The notes below the pieces were generated by a model. It did no database searches and had not been told where the DNA came from. It saw only the letters and a program-made list of their open reading frames with translations. From Candidatus Nomurabacteria bacterium (GTDB lineage: Bacteria; Patescibacteriota; Minisyncoccia; Phycocordibacterales; UBA2100), in contig CALRFU010000001.1 in NCBI GenBank assembly GCA_943356775.1, positions 78,891 through 142,890 on the forward strand: a DNA stretch of 64,000 bases. The letters run 5' to 3'. Below are positions 1-9,182 of the stretch, one piece after another (positions within the stretch are counted from its first letter, which is position 1; each line of letters starts with the position of its first letter). A program made the position numbers and the translations under genes.

Positions 1-1
1 T

Positions 2-403
2 CCAAAGCTTGGAGAGAGCATTTTCCATCGCGCGCGGTGAGCGCGTGACGTCACGGGGCATCTTTACCTCGAGAAGCATCGCGTCGCGTGTGAAAAGAAA
101 GCCGGAGCGAGCGTACCAAATCCACACTTTCCAGGCGGTGATGAGTGCGGCCACGGGAAGCCAGAGAGGGGCGGTGCCCAGCAACCAGCCGAAAGCAAAG
201 AGCGGTAGACTCGGGACCATATCCCACATCACGCTAAAGATTCCCCAAAAGAGTATGCTCAAAAAAAGGCACCGTGAGATGCCCCAATACCCGCCGATAT
301 ATCCGTCGACGAGATCGTGTAAATTAAAACTTACAAGCGCTCCTACCGAGGCACGCAAATCGCCCGAGGTGACAATCCCCTCTTGATCATACTCTTGAAT
401 CAC
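2..403 (-). CDS. Conserved hypothetical membrane-anchored protein, N-terminal part (runs off the window edge)
   Basis: Hand translation of the - strand gives an open frame ...FAFGWLLGTAPLWLPVAALITAWKVWIWYARSGFLFTRDAMLLEVKMPRDVTRSPRAMENALSKLW: TM segment plus an LEVKxPR..SPxAME motif. Start codon uncertain. Confidence 0.6.
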   Translation of the reverse strand, partial: MIQEYDQEGIVTSGDLRASVGALVSFNLHDLVDGYIGGYWGISRCLFLSILFWGIFSVMWDMVPSLPLFAFGWLLGTAPLWLPVAALITAWKVWIWYARSGFLFTRDAMLLEVKMPRDVTRSPRAMENALSKLW

Positions 404-463
404 TCAGAAAGTGTAGCATTTTCTGCCGCGATACCGGGCTGCTATCAACATACCGGCAGATAC

Positions 464-497
464 CAAAAAAGGCTCCGCGATTCGCGGCGCCTTTTTG
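464..497. terminator. Intrinsic terminator-like hairpin (bidirectional)
   Basis: AAAAAAGGCTCCGCGA-T-TCGCGGCGCCTTTTT, imperfect stem with A/T tracts on both sides, just downstream of the 511 CDS. Confidence 0.65.
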
Positions 498-510
498 TAC
501 TGAATACAAT

Positions 511-1533
511 TTATTTTTTGAGAATGTAGGTGCCTTCAGGGAGACGCGCGAACATAGCGTTCTGTAAATTCACGGCGATGGTCGCGTCTTTTACGTACCG
601 TTCGCGTTTAACGCGTTCGATTATCTCGTCGCGCGTAAGCGGACCTTCGCGTTCCAATATTCCGGCGATGACATCGCGCACAACACCCGGCTCGTATCCC
701 CACTCCTTGAGGGCGTAGAGCCCGCGGCCGACGAGCACGAAGCGACCGTCTTTTATGAGCTCATTGTGGGTAGTTGCAGGGTGTGTTTTGCGGCCAAAAA
801 GCTTCTCTATACTCTTTGCGACTTCAATGAAGTGCATCGGGGAGCCGTGACGCTTCAGCGTAAGATAGGCAAAATCTCGGGTGTTCTTGATGCGTACATG
901 CGGAGAATCTTGCCGTCCCCATTCACCGAGCGGATTCCTGCCGATACGTTTTGATATCAAAAGCCATCGCGGCAAAACTTCTTTCGAACGGTTCTTCACA
1001 CCGGCCTGCTTCAAATGTTTCTCGAAGAGTTCCAAGAATTCTTCCTCGGCGGTAAGTTTATTTGGTTCGATGGATTCATATAGACTTGAGAGTGCTGTTT
1101 CAATTTGCTCCGCAAGCTGCTCATCCACATGCCAGCGGGCCTTGAAATCATTATCTTCGCGACGGTCGTCGAAATGATGTCCGACGGTAAGAAGAAAGAC
1201 GATGTGATTGCGGTCGGCGTCGTTCTTGCCGAGTTCTTCCAAAACTGTTTCCTCCGAAAGAAAAGTGCCAAGTGCGGCAACGGCTCCTTTGAGATTATCC
1301 AAATGCATTGTGAGAGCGGCGTACGCGTCTGAATCGCGTACCGCTGAGACGCTGTGATTCTCGATCTGACGGATACGCTCGCGCGTGATGCCGTATTCCT
1401 GTCCGATGGCGTCCAGGGTCCGGCGCTCACCCTTTCCGGCAAGTCCAAACCTGTCCGTGAGGACGCGCCGAGAACGCTCCGGGAGGCCGGAGAGGAGGTC
1501 TTTGGTGACCAATTTTGGCTGGAAAGATAGCAT
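511..1533 (-). CDS. Sigma-70 region-4 HTH protein with C-terminal winged-helix (HARE-HTH/RNAP delta-like) domains
   Basis: RRVLTDRFGL..RRTLDAIGQEYGITRERIRQIE (sigma region 4) and PMHFIEVA..HNELIKDGRFVLVGRGLYALKEWGY. ATG at 1533 preferred over TTG at 1602. Confidence 0.8.
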   Translation of the reverse strand: MLSFQPKLVTKDLLSGLPERSRRVLTDRFGLAGKGERRTLDAIGQEYGITRERIRQIENHSVSAVRDSDAYAALTMHLDNLKGAVAALGTFLSEETVLEELGKNDADRNHIVFLLTVGHHFDDRREDNDFKARWHVDEQLAEQIETALSSLYESIEPNKLTAEEEFLELFEKHLKQAGVKNRSKEVLPRWLLISKRIGRNPLGEWGRQDSPHVRIKNTRDFAYLTLKRHGSPMHFIEVAKSIEKLFGRKTHPATTHNELIKDGRFVLVGRGLYALKEWGYEPGVVRDVIAGILEREGPLTRDEIIERVKRERYVKDATIAVNLQNAMFARLPEGTYILKK

Positions 1534-1612
1534 AAATGCCGGGTTATTGACTATATTTGATTCCTGTGGCTTCGTTGTATCAAATATATGCTCCGGAGTC
1601 AAGTGAATCCAC

Positions 1613-1747
1613 CGTGAGGTGCCGCCGAAGGTGGTTCGACTGTCGGACGCAGTCCGATAGGAGAAGATTCACGTCGGAACGAGCACGTTCCGACGAAGAC
1701 CACTCGCACGCGCGAGCACGCGCGGGCCAGGTACTCACCGTCTCACG
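1613..1747. repeat. Cluster of nested palindromic (REP-like) elements
   Basis: Hairpins TCGGAC-GCA-GTCCGA (1643-1657), CGTCGGAACG-AGCA-CGTTCCGACG (1672-1695) and CGCGCG-AGCA-CGCGCG, enclosed by GGTTCGAC...CTCACC and CGTGAG...CTCACG. Confidence 0.6.
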
Positions 1748-1827
1748 ATAGCTTTTCCACACCTAAACCCCACTTTGTCATCTTGCCGATGCCACCAGCC
1801 TGAAAGATGAAGTGCTAGGATTCGGAG

Positions 1828-3222
1828 ATGGCAACTAGTTCGGTAAAAGTCCCACCGCAAGACATAGAGATGGAACGCGCGCTTCTGGGCGCCCTGATGC
1901 TCAATCAGAACGCTATCTACGAAGTTGCGGATCTCGTCGGTGTCGATTCGTTTTACGCGGGAAAACACCGGACGATATTCGACGCCATGCTCGCACTCTT
2001 CGCCAAGGGTGAGCCCATAGACATGGTTACCCTCTCCGGTAAACTCAAAGAACGGAAACTTTTGAACGAAGTCGGCGGTGCAAGCTATCTCTCCGAGATG
2101 GTCGGCGCGGCAGCTTCTCCGGGGAGTGCCCGGCACTACGCCCAAGGAGTGCAGAGTAAATTCATACTTCGCAGCCTCATCGACGCCGCTGCAAAGATAG
2201 GTGAGCTCGGTTTTGAGGAAGACCGTGATATCGAGGTCATTCTCGACGAGGCTCAGTCGGCAGTCTTTTCTGTAACGCAGACTCCGATGCTCCGCTCATT
2301 CACAGCCATTAAGGATGAACTTGCTGAGGCGTGGGAGCGACTCGAGAGCCTGCAGAAGCATGCGGGCTCTATGCGTGGCATCCCCACCGGTTTCCCCCAG
2401 CTTGATAATCTCCTCGCCGGATTCCAAAAGTCAGACCTTGTCATTCTCGCGGCGCGCCCCTCAATGGGTAAGACCGCGCTCGCCCTCGACATTGCCCGGC
2501 AGACCGCGACTAAGCACGGCACAGCAGTGGGCATTTTCTCTCTCGAAATGAGTTCGCAGCAACTCGTCGACCGTATGCTCGCAGCTCAGGCCGGAGTCAA
2601 CTCCTGGCGGCTACGCACGGGTAAGATTAAGGACGAAGACGAATTCGAGCGGTTGCAGCAAGGTATGGGCGTTCTCGCGGAAGCCCCTATTTATATCGAT
2701 GACAAAGCGTCCACGAGCGTGCTCGCAATGCGGTCCGTGGCACGTCGTCTCAAAATGGAAAAGAATCTTGGCCTCATCATCGTCGATTACCTTCAGCTCA
2801 TCACGCCGACGCAGTCGCGCGGCGGAGATAACCTCGTACAACAAGTTACTGAAATATCCCGCTCGCTCAAGGCGATGGCACGTGAGCTCGAAGTCCCCGT
2901 GCTAGCGCTCTCCCAGCTCTCCCGCGCTGTCGAGCAACGCGGAGGTCGTCCACGCCTCTCCGACCTTCGTGATTCGGGTTCTATCGAGCAAGATGCCGAT
3001 GTGGTTATGTTTATCCATCGCGAGGATATGACAGGCAATCGCACGACAAACGATAAGACTGGCGTTGCCGAGATTCTTGTCGAAAAGCACCGCAACGGTC
3101 CTGTGGGCAAAATAGACCTCCGATTCGACTCAGAGAAAACTACCTTTTTATCCTTGGAAAAGAGTGACTTCGGGGATTTCAATACCGAGACAGAAGTCGA
3201 ATCCGGATCCAACCCATTCTAA
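1828..3222 (+). CDS. dnaB: Replicative DNA helicase
   Basis: PPQDIEME N-terminus, AARPSMGKT Walker A, IIVDYLQL, LSDLRDSGSIEQDAD, KHRNGP. Confidence 0.98.
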   Translation: MATSSVKVPPQDIEMERALLGALMLNQNAIYEVADLVGVDSFYAGKHRTIFDAMLALFAKGEPIDMVTLSGKLKERKLLNEVGGASYLSEMVGAAASPGSARHYAQGVQSKFILRSLIDAAAKIGELGFEEDRDIEVILDEAQSAVFSVTQTPMLRSFTAIKDELAEAWERLESLQKHAGSMRGIPTGFPQLDNLLAGFQKSDLVILAARPSMGKTALALDIARQTATKHGTAVGIFSLEMSSQQLVDRMLAAQAGVNSWRLRTGKIKDEDEFERLQQGMGVLAEAPIYIDDKASTSVLAMRSVARRLKMEKNLGLIIVDYLQLITPTQSRGGDNLVQQVTEISRSLKAMARELEVPVLALSQLSRAVEQRGGRPRLSDLRDSGSIEQDADVVMFIHREDMTGNRTTNDKTGVAEILVEKHRNGPVGKIDLRFDSEKTTFLSLEKSDFGDFNTETEVESGSNPF

Positions 3223-3323
3223 GCTAATACATAATAAGCATGCGATCGCACGCTTATTATGTGAGTCAGAAATTCTTCTGTACCGGCACTTTGATATGCC
3301 CACTGTGATACGATGGCGAACGT

Positions 3324-3926
3324 ATGGACACCATTGAGCGCCTGATTGCTATCTTTCAGAAATTCCCCGGTATCGGGCCGCGTCAGGCTCAACGTTTCGT
3401 GCAATTCCTTTTGCGCAGTCCCCCTTCTATGCGCCGCGAGCTTATCGAATTACTCCAATCGCTCGGCGGTGCAGTGAAGCAGTGTGCGCAGTGCATGCGC
3501 TTTTCGAGCAGCAGCGGCAAGACGTGTAGCATGTGTTCAAATCCGGAACGAAATCAAAAGCTACTTGCGGTTGTAGCTGTTGATGCGGATATCTCGGCCC
3601 TCGAACGCGGGGGCACCTATCGGGGCCTCTATTTTGTGCTCGGCGGCACCATCTCGCTTGCATCCGAGAAGACCAACAATCTGCGCATCAAACAACTCTT
3701 CGACTCGCTGCCACAGCGCATACATGCGGGCTTAGAAGAAGTGATTTTGGCTTTCCCTGCAAATCCAGAGGGTGACGCGACCGCAATACAAGTACGCGAA
3801 AAATTGACGGAAGTTTTATCTCCGTTATTGACGATAACCGCGCTCGGCCGTGGCCTATCGACAGGAAGCGAGCTTGAATATGCCGACCCGGAAACCATCA
3901 AAAGCGCTCTCGAGAGTAGACGTTGA
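3324..3926 (+). CDS. recR: Recombination mediator RecR
   Basis: FPGIGPRQAQR HhH, CxxC..CxxC zinc finger, Toprim EGDATA, GSELEYAD. Confidence 0.96.
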   Translation: MDTIERLIAIFQKFPGIGPRQAQRFVQFLLRSPPSMRRELIELLQSLGGAVKQCAQCMRFSSSSGKTCSMCSNPERNQKLLAVVAVDADISALERGGTYRGLYFVLGGTISLASEKTNNLRIKQLFDSLPQRIHAGLEEVILAFPANPEGDATAIQVREKLTEVLSPLLTITALGRGLSTGSELEYADPETIKSALESRR

Positions 3927-3928
3927 GA

Positions 3929-4246
3929 TTACGGAAGCGCGGTGATACGGACCTTTGCGAATGGTTGACGATGACCTCCTTTCTTGAAATAGCGACTTTT
4001 TTGGCGGTAGCGGATGACGGTAACCTTCGCTTCGCGGCCTTCCTCGACGAGTTCTGCTGAGACTTTGGCTCCTGAAACGTATGGAGCTCCAACGACAGTC
4101 TCCTTGCCGTCGTCGGTCAAAAGCACTTTGTCGAAGGTAATTTTGTCTCCCGCTTTAGTGCCAGTCATTTTTTCAATATCCAAAACGCTGTCCTGTGTGA
4201 CAACGTACTGTTTGCCGCCTGTCTCGATAATTGCAATCTTTGCCAT
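3929..4246 (-). CDS. rplU: 50S ribosomal protein L21
   Basis: AIIETGGKQY...GAPYVSGA...GHRQPF. Confidence 0.98.
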   Translation of the reverse strand: MAKIAIIETGGKQYVVTQDSVLDIEKMTGTKAGDKITFDKVLLTDDGKETVVGAPYVSGAKVSAELVEEGREAKVTVIRYRQKSRYFKKGGHRQPFAKVRITALP

Positions 4247-4269
4247 ACGAAGGCGCCACTATACCCCGC

Positions 4270-5349
4270 TTAGTCGGGATCTGCAAGAGCCGGCCGCTCC
4301 AAAAGAGGCGTATCGAGATCCATAGACTCCCCTGTGATTCGGAGAACATCCTTGTCAATCTTTCCCAGCTCCTTTGCCCCGGCGTTGTAATGATTCACCG
4401 TGGTTGAAAGAGAATTACCGACTTTCTTATAATAATCCTCGTACGCCTTAAGGTGGCGAGATAGCGCCTCGACATTTTTAGCTATATCTTTGGCCGTTTC
4501 TTCTATCTTGAAGGCCTTGAAACCGTAGAGGACTGACTGCAGGTATGCGGCGAAGGTTGTGGGGCTTACGATGATGACCTTCTTCTCGTTGTACGCATAG
4601 TCGATAAGGTTGCGGGTGTTTACTTTGACCGAACCGACTTCATTGATGAGAAGGTCGTAGTAAATTGCCTCCGCAGGGATGTACATGAAGGCAAAGGGCA
4701 GCGTGCCGTCCTTCGGACGTACATATTTGGAAGTCTCATCGATGCGCATCTTGAGGTCGTTCTTGAATTGCTTTTCAAGCTCCGCGCGTTGTGTGTCGTC
4801 AATAGCGTTTACCAAGCGTTGGTAGTTATCGAGGGAGAATTTTGCGTCTATCGGTATCACTCCCTCTTTGGTCACCACAACAGCGTCCACCGTCTCTCCT
4901 CCCGGAAATTCGTACTGCATTTTGTACGATCCGGGGGGCAAAATATTCGACAGAATGAGTTCAAGCGAAGCCTCGCCCAGATTCCCCCGCTGCTTTTGAT
5001 GCTTCAAGACCTTCTCGAGATTGGCGAGCTGCTCGGCGATAGTCATGAATCGCGTTGTCGCTTCGTTTGTCTTGGTCTGTTCTTTTGTGACCTCAAGCAA
5101 TTGCTCGGACATCTGCTTGCTGATGGTGCTCATAAGGCGCTCCGCCTGTTCCGACTGCGTGCGCATACCCTCGAACATCCTCGACGTGCCTTCTCCAAGC
5201 TTAACTTCCATCGCACGGGAGAGATCCTGCAATTGATTTTGCAGAAGCATAAGACCTTGAGAATCTTGTTTTGGTAATTGTCGTAAGAAGACAAAATATG
5301 CAATCAGTGCGAGAATGGCCACCAGAAGTCCGATAATCAGCCATTCCAT
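4270..5349 (-). CDS. rmuC: DNA recombination protein RmuC
   Basis: N-terminal TM, coiled coil, RGNLGE, IDAKFSL, FAFMYIPAEAIY, VSPTT. Confidence 0.93.
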   Translation of the reverse strand: MEWLIIGLLVAILALIAYFVFLRQLPKQDSQGLMLLQNQLQDLSRAMEVKLGEGTSRMFEGMRTQSEQAERLMSTISKQMSEQLLEVTKEQTKTNEATTRFMTIAEQLANLEKVLKHQKQRGNLGEASLELILSNILPPGSYKMQYEFPGGETVDAVVVTKEGVIPIDAKFSLDNYQRLVNAIDDTQRAELEKQFKNDLKMRIDETSKYVRPKDGTLPFAFMYIPAEAIYYDLLINEVGSVKVNTRNLIDYAYNEKKVIIVSPTTFAAYLQSVLYGFKAFKIEETAKDIAKNVEALSRHLKAYEDYYKKVGNSLSTTVNHYNAGAKELGKIDKDVLRITGESMDLDTPLLERPALADPD

Positions 5350-5390
5350 GCAGCGATTGTAGCATGCGAGGTTCTTGCTATACTTGTCCG

Positions 5391-5843
5391 ATGTTAACCA
5401 CTCAAATACGCACCGAGATGACCGCGGCGATGAAGGCGCGCGATGCGGTTCGCGTCGATACCTTACGCGGTGCTATGTCTGCTTTTACAAATGAACTCGT
5501 TTCCAAAGGTAAGAAACCGATAGAAGAACTCGCCGACGCCGATGCCGTAACTGTACTCAAGCGGCTGGCAAAACAACGCAAAGAAGCTGCCGACGTATAT
5601 ACAAAAGGCGGTCGCACCGAACTTGCCGACAAGGAGCTGGCTGAGCTTAAAATAATAGAATCGTACCTGCCGCAGATGGCAAGCCGTGAAGATATCGAAA
5701 AAGTGGCTCGTGCCAAAAAAGAGGAACTCGGTGTAACCGATGCGTCAGGCATGGGCAAACTCACGGGTACCGTACTGAAAGAATTCCAAGGCTCTGCCGA
5801 CGGTAACCTGGTCAAAGAAGTAGTTGCCTCGCTCTTTGCTTAG
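5391..5843 (+). CDS. GatB/YqeY domain protein
   Basis: AMKARD..TLR, KQRKEA..Y..GGR.EL..KE..E..IIESYLP, MGKL. Confidence 0.92.
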   Translation: MLTTQIRTEMTAAMKARDAVRVDTLRGAMSAFTNELVSKGKKPIEELADADAVTVLKRLAKQRKEAADVYTKGGRTELADKELAELKIIESYLPQMASREDIEKVARAKKEELGVTDASGMGKLTGTVLKEFQGSADGNLVKEVVASLFA

Positions 5844-7036
5844 CGCGAGCTGAGTGCCGTAGCGGCCGAGGCAAGTGCCGCACACAAAAATACAAGAAGG
5901 AACGCCGCGGGGAGCGATATCGTGAGCGCTGCAAGCGCCCCCACAATACATACGGCGATTCTTCCGATTGCGAGGGCCATCTCCTTAAGTGCCGTATATT
6001 CGTCGATATAAGAACCCGCATCCGCAGTCTGTTCGAAGGTCAGCGGATCCAATCCGATGCGGCGGGGCGTCGTCGTATAAAAATACGAATCAACCAATAC
6101 CGCCCCGAGGGGTGTGCCCACAAGCGCACGGAATGCCCATGGAGTCATCGCAAACACGACATTCAGAAGAATAGATTTGTGTAGACCGGCCCGGCGCAAG
6201 TTTTTGCGGACGAACGAGCGCGCGAGAATGGCGATGATGAATGTGAGCGAAAGGATGATTCCGAGCATGCCATACGACCACCCCGTGATAATGAAGATAG
6301 CCAAAGGCCAGAAAAGTAAGAGAGCCGCCCCTGAAATTCCTTCGAAAAATGCGTGAAGTACCACCGTACGGTTCGCCGGTTCTATCAGATGCCCGAACGT
6401 TTCCCGATACCCCCACGAGAAGCCTTCGTGTATGTCACGCAGATAAAAGATGGGCAAAACAGAGAGAATCATCAGGGCTGCCGCGATATAGAGAAGTCCG
6501 AGAGGGCCGAAAGAGGGGAGAACTATAGCCAGCCCGCCGAGAATCGGCGCAAGTGCGATTAGAAATTCTCCGAACAGGTTTCCCCGGCCTTTGCCAATCG
6601 CCTGGACCTCAACTTCATAGGGTATCCAATAGAACGCGCGATACAATCCAAGTCCGATGGAGAAGAGGACCAGCGCCCCCGGTGTATACGCGGCACCCCA
6701 AAAACCTCCGAAGGTTGCACCGAGAACAACGAAAGATGCGGCGGCAAAAAGAATTGCAGACACAAATACTCTCCGCGCCCCAAAACGGAGGAGGCGCGCC
6801 GCGTAAGGGGTGGCGAGACACGTGATAGTCTGAGAAAGAGCGTAGAGGAGAGCTGCGCGTGCAAGCCCATGCGCCACACTCGGCTCAACAAGATAAAAAT
6901 ATTGAAATACAAGAACCCAGGCAAAAATATTGGCACCCGCAAATGAGAATCGGAAAAGAATCCGGTGAATCAAAAGTGCCCGCGCGCTCCGGAGAGGAGT
7001 CGCGAGAGCAGATTCCCGCAAAGAAAAGCTGCGCAT
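5840..7036 (-). CDS. MFS-like multipass membrane protein
   Basis: About 12 hydrophobic segments in 398 aa. Confidence 0.65.
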   Translation of the reverse strand: MRSFSLRESALATPLRSARALLIHRILFRFSFAGANIFAWVLVFQYFYLVEPSVAHGLARAALLYALSQTITCLATPYAARLLRFGARRVFVSAILFAAASFVVLGATFGGFWGAAYTPGALVLFSIGLGLYRAFYWIPYEVEVQAIGKGRGNLFGEFLIALAPILGGLAIVLPSFGPLGLLYIAAALMILSVLPIFYLRDIHEGFSWGYRETFGHLIEPANRTVVLHAFFEGISGAALLLFWPLAIFIITGWSYGMLGIILSLTFIIAILARSFVRKNLRRAGLHKSILLNVVFAMTPWAFRALVGTPLGAVLVDSYFYTTTPRRIGLDPLTFEQTADAGSYIDEYTALKEMALAIGRIAVCIVGALAALTISLPAAFLLVFLCAALASAATALSSR

Positions 7037-7037
7037 A

Positions 7038-7403
7038 CTAGGTTGCGTGCTTCTCGGGCAGAGGACGCATGAGGGGCGTAAAGAGTGGGACGACTGCGAC
7101 CAGTCCGTACCCTACCCAGAGATACCAATCGCTATACATACTCCAGCCCGAGAAAGGCACCGTGTATACAGCATCCAGTAACGCCATCATAAGTGCCCAG
7201 AAAGCTGAATATGGGAGGATGTCTTTCCAAGAATAAAAGCGGAGCGAATGGCCCGCGACGGTCGTCAAGAATATCAGCACGCACAATCTGAAAAGAAGTG
7301 AGAGTGTGCCGCCGGCGATACCGTATATAACAAGACCGGACCACACGAGCGACATCACGGCGTAAATGACAATGCCCCATCCTAGGAGTGCCCCGTATTT
7401 CAT
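7038..7403 (-). CDS. Small 4-TM hypothetical membrane protein
   Basis: Hydrophobic ORF, TATAAT 6 nt upstream of ATG 7403. Confidence 0.7.
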   Translation of the reverse strand: MKYGALLGWGIVIYAVMSLVWSGLVIYGIAGGTLSLLFRLCVLIFLTTVAGHSLRFYSWKDILPYSAFWALMMALLDAVYTVPFSGWSMYSDWYLWVGYGLVAVVPLFTPLMRPLPEKHAT

Positions 7404-7420
7404 AGCACCATTATACGGCA

Positions 7421-7449
7421 AACAGCCCCCGCTATTGGCGGGGGCTGTT
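7421..7449 (-). terminator. Intrinsic terminator after RRM gene
   Basis: 12-bp stem AACAGCCCCCGC / GCGGGGGCTGTT with 5-nt loop. Confidence 0.7.
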
Positions 7450-7477
7450 CAAAACTCGGGCGTAAGGCCCGAGGAGC

Positions 7478-7831
7478 TTACCAGCTCCGGCTTCCGCCGT
7501 CACTGTTGCCTCCCCGTCCGCCGCTGTAACCACCGCGGTCATTGCTGCCGCCGCCGCTACGAAAATCGCGTCGAGGTCTGTCTTCCATTGGGCGCGCCTC
7601 ATTTACCGTGAGGGAGCGTCCGCCGAAATCCTTTCCATTCCACATTTCAATCGCCTTCTGTGCATCCTCGTCGGATGACATTTCAACGAATCCGAAACCT
7701 TTCGAACGACCGCTCATCTTATCCATGATGATAACGGCTGATTCGACGGCTCCGCATTGTGCGAAAGCATCCTTGAGTTCTGTATCGGACGTGCTGTAAG
7801 GGAGCCCGCCGACATATAGCTTCTTAGCCAT
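7478..7831 (-). CDS. RRM (RNP-1) RNA-binding protein with Gly-rich tail
   Basis: KLYVGGL (RNP2), RSKGFGFVEM (RNP1), LTVNEARP, RGG-rich C-terminus. Confidence 0.95.
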   Translation of the reverse strand: MAKKLYVGGLPYSTSDTELKDAFAQCGAVESAVIIMDKMSGRSKGFGFVEMSSDEDAQKAIEMWNGKDFGGRSLTVNEARPMEDRPRRDFRSGGGSNDRGGYSGGRGGNSDGGSRSW

Positions 7832-7988
7832 GATTCTTTTGTATGTGTTTCCTCTAAAATGATGTAAACCAACCTTTCCACTCAACTATACATAAGTCGT
7901 GGAAAACTTACATTCCTCGCGATAGTACCCTATCCGTTGAATTAATCAACCTCTTGACTGTGGACGAAAAACATTTTATAAGAATAGC

Positions 7989-9176
7989 TTAAGATACGAC
8001 TCCGAACTTCCTGCCGACCATGGTAAATTTTTCAACTGCGGTCTCTATGTCTTCTTGCGTGTGAGCTGCCGAGACCTGGACCCGGATACGCGCCTTGCCT
8101 TTTGGTACCACAGGAAACGCAAAGCTGATTACGTAAATGCCTTTGTCAAAGAGCGCCTTCGCCATTTCCAGCGCCTTTTTCTCATCGCCGAGCATTATCG
8201 GTATTATTGGATGCTGCGCATCGGAGACGGTAAAACCGTTTTTCCGCATGAGCTCACGGAAAAGTCTGATGTTTGCCCATAAGCGTTCTCGAATTTCAGG
8301 ATGTGATTTTAAATACTTGATCACGAAAAGTGAAGTGCCGGTAACAGCGGTATCGAGTGAATTTGAAAACAGGTACGCACGCGAACGATTACGCAAATAC
8401 TCCGCCGCCTCCTTCCGCGTCGCTGTAAACGCTCCGCCTGCTCCTCCCAGCGCTTTTCCAAACGTACCCGTGATGAAATCCACGCGACCAACGACGCCGC
8501 AGGCCTCTGGAGTACCTCCGCCCGTATCTCCCATGACTCCCGTCGCATGCGCATCATCGACCATTACGAGCGCGTCGTATTTATCTGCCAAATCACAAAT
8601 TTCTTTCAAGGGTGCAATATCACCGTCCATGCTGTACACACCGTCTGTCGCTATCACACGCAAACGTTTCCCCGCCGTCGCTTTGAGTTTTTCCTCAAGA
8701 TCCGACATGTCCAGGTGCTTGTAGACGTGTCGTTCGGCTTTTGAGAGCCGCACTGCGTCGATGATAGAGGCGTGATTCAATTCGTCGCTGATGATTGCAT
8801 CCTGATCACCGAAAAATGTTTGAAAAAGTCCGGCGTTGGCCATAAAGCACGACGAGTACAAAACTGCGTCTTCTGTACCTACCAGATCGGCAACGGCTCG
8901 CTCGAGATCTTTGTGCACCGTCTGGGTACCGCAAATAAATCTTACTGAAGCAAGGCCGAATCCCCATGTGGCGACTGCCTCCTCCGAAGCTTTCTGGAGA
9001 AGCGCTGAGCCGGAGAGTCCGAGATAATTATTCGTACTAAAATTCAAATATCTTTTCCCACCAACTGTAATCTCGCGGCCTTGCGCGCTTTCAAGCACGC
9101 GTTCTATCTTGTATGTCCCGTTCTCCTTCGCCGCGGCAAGCTCTGCTTCGAGTATAGGTTTGAGATTAGTGTACAT
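7989..9176 (-). CDS. kbl: 2-amino-3-ketobutyrate CoA ligase (glycine C-acetyltransferase)
   Basis: NNYLGL, SVRFICGT, SDELNHASIID, TFGKALGG, PVVPKGKARIRVQ. Confidence 0.95.
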   Translation of the reverse strand: MYTNLKPILEAELAAAKENGTYKIERVLESAQGREITVGGKRYLNFSTNNYLGLSGSALLQKASEEAVATWGFGLASVRFICGTQTVHKDLERAVADLVGTEDAVLYSSCFMANAGLFQTFFGDQDAIISDELNHASIIDAVRLSKAERHVYKHLDMSDLEEKLKATAGKRLRVIATDGVYSMDGDIAPLKEICDLADKYDALVMVDDAHATGVMGDTGGGTPEACGVVGRVDFITGTFGKALGGAGGAFTATRKEAAEYLRNRSRAYLFSNSLDTAVTGTSLFVIKYLKSHPEIRERLWANIRLFRELMRKNGFTVSDAQHPIIPIMLGDEKKALEMAKALFDKGIYVISFAFPVVPKGKARIRVQVSAAHTQEDIETAVEKFTMVGRKFGVVS

Positions 9177-9182
9177 ACCGTC

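Noticed and set aside
9-386. 125-aa + strand ORF from the track
   Set aside because: Shadow ORF; the - strand frame encodes a more protein-like membrane protein.
1753-1761. oriC near dnaB
   Set aside because: Only one imperfect DnaA box, with no box cluster or AT-rich unwinding element.
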